IMG/VR virus record: IMGVR_UViG_3300037067_016575
DNA from: an uncultured virus (IMG/VR IMGVR_UViG_3300037067_016575)
Lineage: Duplodnaviria; Heunggongvirae; Uroviricota; Caudoviricetes
Direction: 5' to 3' (one strand)
DNA length: 64,000 bases
Shown: piece after piece, positions 44,936 to 54,661 of the stretch
Layout of the letters: every line of letters starts with the position of its first letter
Position numbering within the stretch: the first letter of the stretch is position 1
The notes under the pieces: generated by a model
Seen by the model: the letters and a program-made list of their open reading frames with translations, nothing else
Told to the model about the DNA's origin: nothing
The model's database searches: none
Program-made: the position numbers and the translations under genes

Positions 44936-45532
44936 TTACCCTCCGAGATGTGCCTTTAGTTTCCTGATATATTCGATATCAGGAAACCCGGTGATGTAAA
45001 TTTCACCGTTGTGAATATTGATTTCAATTGGCGGGATTTCACCTGCATCTGGTGCCGGGATCTTCCCTGTCAATGAAATGACTTTCTGGTTCGATGACGC
45101 GATTAATGCTTTTCCATCAGTCGCGTTTTCCTGATCATACCGACCCGAGACCAACATATCTGCCGCTGCCAGTAACCGGTTCACACCTATGTCCTCTTTG
45201 TCTTTCAGTTCTGTATATGTAAACCCGGTGAATATCAGCACGGTCTTTCCATTCTGCTGTAGGATCTCAGCAAGATCGGCTAGTGCATCGGCCTGCAAGA
45301 ACGGTTCTCCCCCGGAAAACGTAACACCTTCGATGCTTTCAATCATCAGGATCTTGTTCGCCAGCTCGGTTACAGGAACCATGATATTGGGTTCAAAAGA
45401 CCAGTTTTGTGGGTTGAAACACCCCGAGCATTTCAGGTTGCATCCCTGCACCCAAACGACCGCTCTTTCCCCGTGACCGTTCGCTTTTGAACGATCCATG
45501 AAATACGCCATGTTTAGTTTTCGTTCGGACAT
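44936..45532 (-). CDS. radical SAM protein, NrdG/activase-like
   Basis: VWVQGCNLKCSGCFNP (CxxxCxxC), GVTFSGGEPF, FTGF, SSNQ. Confidence 0.85.
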   Translation of the reverse strand: MSERKLNMAYFMDRSKANGHGERAVVWVQGCNLKCSGCFNPQNWSFEPNIMVPVTELANKILMIESIEGVTFSGGEPFLQADALADLAEILQQNGKTVLIFTGFTYTELKDKEDIGVNRLLAAADMLVSGRYDQENATDGKALIASSNQKVISLTGKIPAPDAGEIPPIEINIHNGEIYITGFPDIEYIRKLKAHLGG

Positions 45533-45799
45533 GATTACACCATTAGTTTTGTTTGTCGTTCGCTGGGTGGATTAATCCACTGTTTATTTTGTTATATTTT
45601 GGTCTGTATAATTCGTGAGGGGCTTTAATTATTACTCCTGAATAACCAGTACCGTTTTCAAGTTTTTTTAACATTTCTTTGCTGTATTCATGATCTCCAC
45701 ATGGGAAAAATACACCCCACGAACCTTTAATTTTTTCTGCCATAAGTTCACCTTATTTTGGGAGTTGTGCAATGAATGTTCCGGAATAATCTTCGCTGA

Positions 45800-46435
45800 T
45801 CATACTTGTTCCACCAAATCGATCTCAGCAAACCGATTTTTCTTTTCCGTGTTTTTATTAGTGGGGGTGTTTAAACTAATGGCAATTTCGTTGATCTTTT
45901 TAATGATCTCTTCCCGGTTATTCAGAATTTCGCCATCACATAGATCACTTTCGCAAATCACCATCAGTTTCCCAATCTCTTTGACCTTTTCGATAAACGA
46001 AACGTTTTCCTGTATATCTTCCACTCTGTCGAGTTTTTGAATCCTGAATGGTTGTTTTTTATTAGTATATATTTTGTAGAAACTACGGTGGGCGTGGTAA
46101 TCGGAAGTTTTATTGGTGATTTCCCATTCTGATGGAACGTAAGGAACGTATAACACATCCCCTTTTGTTTCGTATCGTGATTTTATCGGGACATTGATAC
46201 AGAATGGTTGGTTTTCTGCATACATCTTTTCAAACGCCGTAACTCGTTTTTGAATTGGGTGTTTGTCCAATTTGAACCCATAAAGATCTTTCCCACCCAG
46301 TCCATTCAGCCAGCCATTACCGGATTCAACCACAACGCCTTTTTTATCGAAAAAAATGATGTTTTTAAGTTCACGGTCTTCGATAAAATACGGCCTGTAA
46401 AAATCACTGTATGCGAAGATTGTAATTCCTGCCAT
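45800..46435 (-). CDS. hypothetical protein with RF tag (NRFAEIDLVEQV*)
   Basis: Start at MAGIT after GAGGAGG; the upstream extension in the ORF track overlaps tRNA-Lys. Confidence 0.75.
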   Translation of the reverse strand: MAGITIFAYSDFYRPYFIEDRELKNIIFFDKKGVVVESGNGWLNGLGGKDLYGFKLDKHPIQKRVTAFEKMYAENQPFCINVPIKSRYETKGDVLYVPYVPSEWEITNKTSDYHAHRSFYKIYTNKKQPFRIQKLDRVEDIQENVSFIEKVKEIGKLMVICESDLCDGEILNNREEIIKKINEIAISLNTPTNKNTEKKNRFAEIDLVEQV

Positions 46436-46459
46436 AAGATTCCTCCTCGTTTTTGTGTA

Positions 46460-46567
46460 TGCGCCGGAGGGGATTTGAACCCCCGACCAACGGATTTCTT
46501 CCGGGCTAATATGACCCATTGCTGCCCGTTAAAAGTCCGCCGCTCTACCTGACTGAGCCACCGGCGC
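46460..46567 (-). tRNA. tRNA-Lys(UUU) with canonical 37/38 intron
   Basis: GCGCCGG/CCGGCGC-A; GCGGA-CT TTT A-[intron CGGGC..GCCCG]-TCCGT; GGGG-TTCAAAT-CCCC. Confidence 0.9.
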
Positions 46568-46587
46568 ACAAAATATATTTCTCCGTG

Positions 46588-46798
46588 TGAGGTTAACAAT
46601 ATGCCGTGATAGACACCTGTATTGCAGGCTTATACGGATACCTGCAAGTGACTCTATGGTGAACGGGGTAGCCCATAGAACGCTCTACCCGAACATAAGC
46701 AATCCACACAATCCGGAAAATACGGCGATTTCGTATCTTGGTTGCCGCCACCTCATCAGTCTGACGCCCTGCGCGACATCACCACATTATTTAACCTC
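46588..46798 (-). ncRNA. candidate ~210-nt closed, pseudoknotted ncRNA
   Basis: Terminal helix GAGGTTAA/TTAACCTC; internal hairpins TCTATGG/CCATAGA and TTGCAGG/CCTGCAA. Confidence 0.5.
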
Positions 46799-46822
46799 TG
46801 TGCGGATGTTGGGGAAGAGGTA

Positions 46823-46895
46823 TACTCCCGGACAGATTCGAACTGTCGCCGCCAGATCCAAAATCTGGCATCATTGACCGCTAGACTACGGGAGT
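46823..46895 (-). tRNA. tRNA-Gln(UUG), archaeal A1-U72 type
   Basis: ACTCCCG/CGGGAGT-A; CCAGA-TT TTG GA-TCTGG; GACAG-TTCGAAT-CTGTC. Confidence 0.9.
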
Positions 46896-46898
46896 ATA

Positions 46899-46973
46899 TG
46901 CTCCATAACAGATTTGAACTGTTGTCTCATGTTGTCACCATGAGAGATAACAATGTATGTTATCCGATGGAGC
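46899..46973 (-). tRNA. atypical tRNA-like gene, loop GTGACAA (GAC, Val-like)
   Basis: GCTCCAT/ATGGAGC-A and perfect T-arm, but 7-bp D-stem and 6-7-bp anticodon stem. Confidence 0.5.
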
Positions 46974-46975
46974 GA

Positions 46976-47125
46976 TGTGGTGCGTTGGATTTGAACCAAC
47001 CATTTGCCGCATTATCTAGAATACTCGGCAAACTATCTTCTACTTCCCTTATATCAGTAACGGTTCCGGCACAGGTGCGACCCGTGGCGCTTGTCGTTTC
47101 ATATAAAGGTGTCAAGTAACACCAC
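46976..47125 (-). ncRNA. 150-nt tRNA-like RNA with enlarged arms
   Basis: GTGGTGT/GCACCAC-A; GTTGG-TTCAAAT-CCAAC; long internal hairpins. Confidence 0.55.
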
Positions 47126-47150
47126 GCAAGTTCACCAGATTTTTAGTTTG

Positions 47151-47428
47151 TCTCTCTGGCGGGAGATGCAGACCGTTTACATATCTGGAAATTACCACAT
47201 ACGCCCGAATCTTCTAAACCAGACATCGGTTCGGGATTGTTCCCCATACTGGACAGGGCAAAAGGCGATTCAACGAACAAATCCACCTTTACCAGACCTT
47301 CATCTTTATCTCTCTGGTGGGAGATGCATGCCTTTGTTTCGTTTCCCGGTCAAGCGCACTTATCCGGCTACGTTTCGAACCTTCCGTTGCCAGACATCGG
47401 TTCAAACAACCCCTCACTGGATAGGGTA
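47151..47428 (-). ncRNA. two tandem copies of a ~110-120-nt structured RNA motif
   Basis: Shared blocks CCCT.TCCAGT..GGG, GAACCGATGTCTGG and TGCATCTCCC.CCAGAGAGA. Confidence 0.55.
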
Positions 47429-47512
47429 TAGGAGAGGTGAGATTTGAACTCACGGACTTCTGCAAGACATGATCTTAAGTCATGCGTCGTTGGCCGACTT
47501 GACTACTCTCCT
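47429..47512 (-). tRNA. tRNA-Leu(UAA)
   Basis: AGGAGAG/CTCTCCT-A; CATGA-CT TAA GA-TCATG; long variable arm. Confidence 0.88.
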
Positions 47513-47983
47513 GCTTTATACGATTTGTTTTAAAAATTATTAAAAGTATATGCACCCGATAAGTGTTACTGCAATAATAAGGATTGCCATTAAGATTACG
47601 GCTAATCCCCCTGCACAAGATACCGGTTGTGGTGTATGAACGATTACCAGTGTTCTCCCGTTAAACGGCCACATGTTTTTCACCGATTGATTCTGGTTGA
47701 ATTGCCCTCGCAATTCATAAGGTGATACTGGAACCGTGCAAACGCTGTTGACGCTGCGTCTTCGAGACGGACGCGGAACCGTGTAACCCCTCCGAAAACT
47801 CCGATAATTACAATCTCATTTTCGAGGTGTGGATCGCACTGTGCCGCAATTTTCTTTATCCATTCCGGGGTTAAGTCTGTTTCAAACTGTAATGCCCGGT
47901 AAATAATTTCGCTCATCGTATCATTTGGATTTTTTCGTTCGAAATACTGCTTAATTTCCATGTTTTTCCTCCGTTTGTTTGAA

Positions 47984-48056
47984 TGGGCCTAAAGGGATTC
48001 GAACCCTTGGCGCCCCGGTTATGAGCCGGGTGGTCTAACCGCTGACCTATAGGCCC
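47984..48056 (-). tRNA. tRNA with CAU anticodon (likely archaeal Ile2, otherwise Met)
   Basis: GGGCCTA/TAGGCCC-A; CCCGG-CT CAT AA-CCGGG. Confidence 0.88.
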
Positions 48057-48069
48057 GGTTATTCTAACT

Positions 48070-48108
48070 TTAATTATTTAATTACTCTGTAATTAATTAA
48101 ATAATTAA
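48070..48108. repeat. AT-rich palindromic intergenic element
   Basis: ttaattatttaatta-N9-taattaaataattaa. Confidence 0.7.
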
Positions 48109-49191
48109 AAAATTTATTGGTTTTTAGTATCAACAAGTCCGGCGTTATTCAGTTCTCTACACGCCTTTGTGTAGGAGTTATAAAACACCTTGTTGATGAT
48201 TTCTTCTTTGTCACAATATGATTGCGACGATGGGTTTATTGACGGGTTATCAATTTTCATTACGGCCAGTTTTTCACCGTCACGCACAAACCGCTCAATT
48301 GTCACCGTAAAGGAATCTTTTGACTGCATGTTATTACTCCGCTGACGTTGGTTCATCTCTCTTGTAATTTTTTGATTTCAATATTTAGTTCTTTTTTCAA
48401 TTCTGTCGCGGCCTTGATTATATTATCAAGATATTCATCTCCTTTGTGCATCTCTTTTAGGAGTGATTTTTTGTTGTGTTGTGAGAGTTTTTGGATTGGC
48501 TCCGTCTTATACCATCCCAATACGGTAAATGCTCTCATCGGAAAGAAAATGTCGTGTTCAATGCTCCAAAGTTTCTGTTGGATCATTTCACCGCGTTTCT
48601 TTCCGTATGCTTTCTGACAGTAATTCAGAACCGCCCCATGCCAATCGATCATAGTTTACCCTCCTTTTCTCATTTACGTTCTTCTTATTCGGTCTCAAAT
48701 TCAATCCCTTCGCAGAATGCGGGAGGAGTGAATTCTACTTCCATTGTGGGATATTTTTTACCTTTTTTAAGACGCAAATGCCACCGCTCCTTAAGGTAAT
48801 CTTCCCATGAAATCCCGCCGGGAATGATTTTAATTTCGCCCTGATGACCTTCATCAAAGATCTTCCCCTCGAATAGTTCTGCAATCGCATTGAGAATTTC
48901 GGCGTCAACCCACCAGATCAAAGAGCTCCCTCCCCCTCCCTTGTGCTCGGTCTCAATTGTGTGGTTATCGACATCATCACTTTTAGTCATTGTGTAGAAT
49001 CGTGAACCGTAGAGATTGGGGTTGTCTTTATGGTTGACTCTCCACCCATATCCTTCTCCATCCCATCCAGTTCCAGCCTGAATAATAAACTGGTTTTTGA
49101 ATTTTGATTCATTAAGTTGATTTAAGAGTGCCGTTATTTCGGTAGGTATGATCTCTTTTTTGGTTTCAACCCATCCAATGTTTGCCATAGT

Positions 49192-49770
49192 TCACCTTCG
49201 TGTGATGTGCTGCTCTAACATGCGCCCTGCATTGCGAATCGGGAGGTATTCACGATAGTAAATGTGAGTGCTGAATTTTGCTCGTAATTCAAAACACCAA
49301 TTTGCCGGGTCGTCGTGTGGCTCACAGTAATGCCCCGGGGCATAATTTCGAATATAGGGAATCGCATCGTCTCCGAGATGTTTTTGGGTTATTCTACGGT
49401 ACCGTGTCGTTATTTCGTTCCACCTTTTTTCAGAGGTGTATGTGCTTGTACCAGTAATATTAATACTGAGTTCTGCACCCGTTGGTTTTTGCCAGACGTA
49501 AATCTCCCCAAATGGTGGAACGTGAGATGGTCGTGCACGATCCGTGTAATTTACATATGCATCTTGCGAGACCGGATCGTTTTTTATTTCTTCAAATAAA
49601 GGTTGAAACTCTGATAAGAAATCGCGGATTTCCTGAATTGTTTTTATGTAATCCCACGGTTTCCTAATCCCTAATGTTTTCAATTCGTCAAGGCGTGTTC
49701 TTCTGGTGGTATCAATGATTACGATACCTCCATAATTGATCGTTGTGTTCGGGTCGTTTGATCCTGCCAT
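49192..49770 (-). CDS. hypothetical protein, weak similarity to 50704-51183
   Basis: G(I/L)RKP(W/Y).YI shared; start trimmed to after the repeat. Confidence 0.65.
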   Translation of the reverse strand: MAGSNDPNTTINYGGIVIIDTTRRTRLDELKTLGIRKPWDYIKTIQEIRDFLSEFQPLFEEIKNDPVSQDAYVNYTDRARPSHVPPFGEIYVWQKPTGAELSINITGTSTYTSEKRWNEITTRYRRITQKHLGDDAIPYIRNYAPGHYCEPHDDPANWCFELRAKFSTHIYYREYLPIRNAGRMLEQHITRR

Positions 49771-49872
49771 GATTCCACCTCGTGAAATTTGTATAACGTC
49801 GATATACGACGAATTCAACTGCTCCTCTTGGAAATACCTTGTTTCCCGGAACGAACCGGAAAAAAGTTAAAT

Positions 49873-50604
49873 TTAATGAAGGACATTTAATGAGGGAAAC
49901 GTTCCCGACGGCGCAAGATCTGGCTCGTTCCTCAGTAACCTGTCGAGTGTTGTTACTGACCCATCACCACGGACTGCGTAAATTTCTTCACTCTTCTTGT
50001 TTTTCTTCTTTTTCTTCGCCTCTTTCTTTTGTCGTTTTTCCTCGCGCACTGTGAACGACTCATTAGGGTTCTCCCCGTGGCCTTCGGTTACAGATGATAC
50101 TCTCCCTTCATCATTTTTTCTGAATATTACCATTGAGAGTTTTTCACGCTTTCTGATAACAATGAGTATAACATGTTCTTTTGTTTCGGTCACTATGAAG
50201 TCTTTTGAGTCCTCAAAAGCATACCTTACGAATTCTTTAAAACCTGTGGTTTTATCCTCAGTCACGTCATCCCCGACGATATCCCATAGAGAGGTTGTGG
50301 ATTCTGTGTTTGCTAGAGTGGTAAATGTGCAGATTGAGTTAACTGTTTTGTGTGTAGTTAATGTAAATTTAACTTCGTTTGCGTTAAGTGCACTAGGATT
50401 ATACACACTATACGTAACACTTTTTTTACCAGTTCTTACTATTGGATATGGGGTGATTGGGGGAATGTTGTTATCTTTGCACTCCTTACAGCACATCGAA
50501 CTATTTTGAGTGAAACAGAAAAAATCTGCTTTGTTTTTTTTACAGTAATCGCAGATAATATCTTCGTCAAATGTGACATTATCATACCTTGTTATTGAAA
50601 ACAT
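49873..50604 (-). CDS. Zn-finger protein with shared C-terminal module
   Basis: CDYC..C..CCKEC; ends EIYAVRGDGSVTTLDRLLRNEPDLAP. Confidence 0.7.
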   Translation of the reverse strand: MFSITRYDNVTFDEDIICDYCKKNKADFFCFTQNSSMCCKECKDNNIPPITPYPIVRTGKKSVTYSVYNPSALNANEVKFTLTTHKTVNSICTFTTLANTESTTSLWDIVGDDVTEDKTTGFKEFVRYAFEDSKDFIVTETKEHVILIVIRKREKLSMVIFRKNDEGRVSSVTEGHGENPNESFTVREEKRQKKEAKKKKKNKKSEEIYAVRGDGSVTTLDRLLRNEPDLAPSGTFPSLNVLH

Positions 50605-52017
50605 TAATCTCACCTCTAAAATCAGTATAACGTCGATATACGACGAATTCAACTGCTCCTCTTGGAAATACCTTGTTTCCCGGAACGTGAACCGGAAAAA
50701 AGGTTAGAGATTTTTCATCTCTTCATACATGATATAACCGTGCCAGCGGATTTGTGTGTCAAACCCTTTCTCTTTGAAGTTAAGAGGAATGTAGAATAGT
50801 TTTGCGTCCGTCCCAAGAAACTCAAAAAGTTCGGCCTGTATTTTGTCGGCAGTGCTTTCCCATTCTGTTTCCGTAATCCCTGATTTCGGCATAAGAAAAA
50901 TTGTTAGGTTGGTTCCCCGAGATAATGCTTTTTGAGTGATACTTCCCTCCGATCTAAAGGGCCACGGTTTATTTACGTTTATGTTATACGCCTTGACTAT
51001 ATCTCGCATTACTTTGATAAATTTTTTAGTCCTCTCAGCCGGGGCAATATATTCATACGGTTTGCGTAAACCGGCGATGTTTTTACGGCGTACTTCAATG
51101 TGTGACATTTCCTCTATTCCCCCTCCGATATGAGTGAGATCTATTGGACGTTTAATGATGAAATCTTCCACATTGCATTTCATTATTTTACCCCCTGTAT
51201 TTTTTGTTTTCCTTCGGTGTTCTCCGGTGGCTTTTTGCTTTCCCTTCTTCAATATTTAGGATCTCGTCGATTGTGTCCCTTAATGCAAGAAGTTCCTCTC
51301 TTGAGTTTAAAGTGATCTCTGATACTGGAATACAATCAAAATCTAACCTATGAACTGCTTTATTATGTGGTTCAAAAAACATAAGGATATATTTTTCGTC
51401 TTTTGTACGAATTTGCATGTTTTCACCTCGTAAATTTTAGTTTCCCCTACTACACTAATTCCTTTATTTTCCGGAATGTGAACCGGAAAAAAAGATTAAA
51501 GGTGTCCGTCGCTCATGAAGTTCATGCACAGGCATTTTGTGATGTGTGTAAGATACATCAGTTCATACTTTGCGCGTTTCCCACTGACGGCCTTTTTCAT
51601 TTCATCGGAGATTTCCCGAAACTTTGTTTCATTCTCGGTCAACATCTCGGGATATCCGAATGTTATTGTGTACTGCTTTAGAGCGTCAAGAACCGCCTTT
51701 GCGTCGCTATTGGCGTCAATTTCGTCCATTAGAGCGAATGTCTCAATACATGTGCTTGCGACCACAGGAACGTCTTTTCTGACTTTGAGATAATCTTCCG
51801 TAAACAGTGCAAGGATCTTCTCTGCAAACTGTTTCCCGGTAATCTCATGTATTTCCTTTGCGCGTTCGATTGATATACGATAGTTATACGCCTGTAAGAC
51901 GTGTATCCCCTCGTTTATCATTTCGGGTTTCCATTCAAATAACGGTTTGGGTAATTTTGCCATAATTGTTCTCCTTTTGAATGCCTTAATTTTCCGGAAC
52001 GTGAACCGAAAAAAAGG

Positions 52018-52734
52018 TTAAATGTTTAGTGTCGGGCCTGTTCCCGGTGGCGCAAGATCTGGCTCGTTCCTCAGTAACCTGTCGAGTGTTGTTACTGACC
52101 CATCACCACGGACTGCGTAAATTTCTCTATCTTCTTCGCATTCTTTCGCTTTTTTCTTTGCTTCTTTTTCCCGAATTTGTTTTTCTGTGAGATACAAGTT
52201 ATTTACTTTTTGAGAAATTAACCCCCCCAACTTATTGTTGTCAAATTTATCATAGAGTATAGTGGTTACCTGATTGCCTTTTTGGAATACAGTTAGGATA
52301 TAAAAATTCTTTGATTCTGTTAACCCATATTCCTTATATCCCTCAAAGTTTACATCAAGGTATTCTTCTAAGGTAAACATTTTAACTTCTGTTGAGGGGG
52401 ATGTGAGGGTTAAGCTAACATTACCTTCAATCATTTTATTATTTATCATCCGAGCACTATAGATATATGTAAATCCTCTCCGATATTCTTTTATTGCACG
52501 ATCTGGATCGATTTTCCATAATACTTGGAATCCGCCATTTGGATATCGAAATCCTCTGTTATCGGAGATCAGATCAACCCGTAATTTTTGCATGTCTTTC
52601 TTTGAAAAAGCATAGTAGTGTTTTCCCGGAATTTCATCATATAGTTTTGGGGTTACACCTACTTGCCTAAAATATGCAAGAGCTTTTTCTTCTTCTTTTG
52701 TTTGATAACTTAAATCAAATTTTACACCGAGCAT
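52018..52734 (-). CDS. hypothetical protein with shared C-terminal module
   Basis: Ends EIYAVRGDGSVTTLDRLLRNEPDLAP. Confidence 0.7.
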   Translation of the reverse strand: MLGVKFDLSYQTKEEEKALAYFRQVGVTPKLYDEIPGKHYYAFSKKDMQKLRVDLISDNRGFRYPNGGFQVLWKIDPDRAIKEYRRGFTYIYSARMINNKMIEGNVSLTLTSPSTEVKMFTLEEYLDVNFEGYKEYGLTESKNFYILTVFQKGNQVTTILYDKFDNNKLGGLISQKVNNLYLTEKQIREKEAKKKAKECEEDREIYAVRGDGSVTTLDRLLRNEPDLAPPGTGPTLNI

Positions 52735-53712
52735 AATTTCACCTCTTAAAATACATATGCACATTTCTTTACAATAGGATATCTTGTTTCCCGGAACGTG
52801 AACCGGAAAAAAGGTTATAATAAATCAGAGGGATCAAATTCAAACCGCCCTTTATTCTTTAGTCCTTCTGATTTGTGTTCTTTCTTTGGTGCCGGATTCG
52901 GTTGTGTTGACTGCCCTGTGTTTGGGTTTGCCGGGGGTATTCCTGATGGAATGTGTACCCCAACTAACCCCTCCATTCCCATAACTGAAAAAACCGTTGG
53001 TTGTTCTACCGGCGCACTCTCCCACCTCTTTTGAAATTCTCTTTGGATCGCTGTTTCCATGCCTGCAAGAAAATCATCTGATTTCATATTTTGGGTGACG
53101 TGTTCTTCTGCCATTTTTTTATTGAACGTACGCGTGGCTATGTAATAACCTTGTTTCGTTTTGTTTACTGTTTCGTCGAGAGCTTTGACGACCCCATTAT
53201 GTCCAATGTCGTATCCTCTTTGCCATTCGGCTTTATCCTTATAATTCTCATTGATTGCCATTTTTCACCTCAAATTTTCGTATAACGTCGATATACGATA
53301 CTCCTGACATTCCGGAACGTGAACCGGAAAAAAGGTTAGTAATACTCGATCTCGCTTGTGGGTTGGGGTAATCTCGGCATTTTTTTGGGGATTACTCCCT
53401 TTTTGAATAATTTTTCGACTGCCGCCCATGCTACCCGTTCGTGTTCATGCCACGGATATTCGTCCGGAATTGTTTTTACATTTACAATAGTCTCTGCGAT
53501 CATCGTGGCGTCTTCGATAAACGCCTTATCGACGTTCATATACGTATTGCCGTCGATAGATGTGATTTTCCGTGTTTTCGGATTAATATTGAGTCCTGCC
53601 AGATTACTACCGTAAAGTCCGTTTGATAGTTCGGCGTAATAATCTTGGAGAATTGTTTTCCAAATCCTCACCTTGAATTTTGCCATAATTTCACCTCTGC
53701 ATATGTATTTAT

Positions 53713-54037
53713 AGATAAGGCAGCAAGAAAACCCCTGTTTTAAAACAGGGGATGAATTGCGTTAACCCAAACAAATAAATCTGGACTCATCAACCTATGG
53801 ATGACCATACAATGTTGAATTGTATGTGTGTTGTTCTCACAACAAGTTTGTGCGAACACAATGTAGCTGGCGACGCTCCTGTAAAGGAAATAGTCAGTAG
53901 TGGCCGTTTCAACCGACCTGTGAGAATAAGGCTGGCTTTCGAGCCGGCAAACTTCTCCAAAGTAATCCGAACGAGATGTGTTGTTCACCCGAACGACCTC
54001 ACGCTCAATCCTCCCGTTTTAACGGGGGGTAGTTGAA
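53713..54037 (+). mobile_element. non-autonomous IS200/IS605 derivative lacking tnpB (ends approximate)
   Basis: Left-end hairpin AGAAAACCCCTGTTTTAAAACAGGGGATGAAT and right end CCCGTTTTAACGGGGGGTAGTTGA resemble the ends of 19875-21260. Confidence 0.65.
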
Positions 54038-54087
54038 TTGTCAGGATGCAATACCAGATGGTCGGATTAAATAGTTCGGGCATTATT

Positions 54088-54459
54088 TCAATCCCCCATT
54101 ATAAAATCTATTTCGGCAAACCTTTTTTGCGCCCCGATTTTACACGTTTCCTTCTTCGGGGGCGGAGTTGAATTAATCTCGGTTTCTGTTATTATCTCTA
54201 TATGTTCAAACCGGTTCGGGGGTTTTGGTATGATAATCCCCTTTATCCACCCGGGATGTTTTTCCGCATACTCCTGTTCTTTAACACTGCCAACAAACGC
54301 ACAGTTAAAACAGGAGTCACAAACACCTCCCCGCCCTAGAGGTGTGTATATGTAATCCTTGCAGGTTGTTTTTCGGATTACTGTAAGACCGTATCCCATG
54401 TCTTTGTTTAAGATCATGCAATACCAGTGGGGATTGAATAATGAATCGCCGTATCCCAT
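54088..54459 (-). CDS. WYC..CxxC family protein with two RF tags
   Basis: NRFEHIEII and KRFAEIDFI. Confidence 0.7.
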   Translation of the reverse strand: MGYGDSLFNPHWYCMILNKDMGYGLTVIRKTTCKDYIYTPLGRGGVCDSCFNCAFVGSVKEQEYAEKHPGWIKGIIIPKPPNRFEHIEIITETEINSTPPPKKETCKIGAQKRFAEIDFIMGD

Positions 54460-54661
54460 AATCTAAAACCTCTATATTGCGTTTCTAATCGTGCCAGAAG
54501 GAATGACCCTACAAACACGTGATCCTCACCCATTTACGCGCCTGTCTGCGTAATACGCCCTTCTGAAAAGGGGAGAGGGGTTTAGGGTGAGGGGTTCTTT
54601 TCTCTTAAATGGAAGAGAAAAGAGGTATTCGGGGAGAAGAGGGGGAAACGTTCTCTTTTCA

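Noticed and set aside
46725..46762. Hammerhead ribozyme (CTGATGAG...CGAAA on the minus strand)
   Set aside because: Could not build convincing stems I and III with a cleavage triplet; the competing GGCG/CGCC pairing fits better
47300..47428. SAM-I riboswitch resemblance
   Set aside because: Only scattered words match, the second copy lacks GCAAC, and the context is a tRNA cluster rather than a gene leader
49771..50652. Shared N-terminal peptide MNSSYIDVI in two ORFs
   Set aside because: It is a translation of the intergenic repeat from a TTG; the real starts follow GAGGTG SD sites downstream
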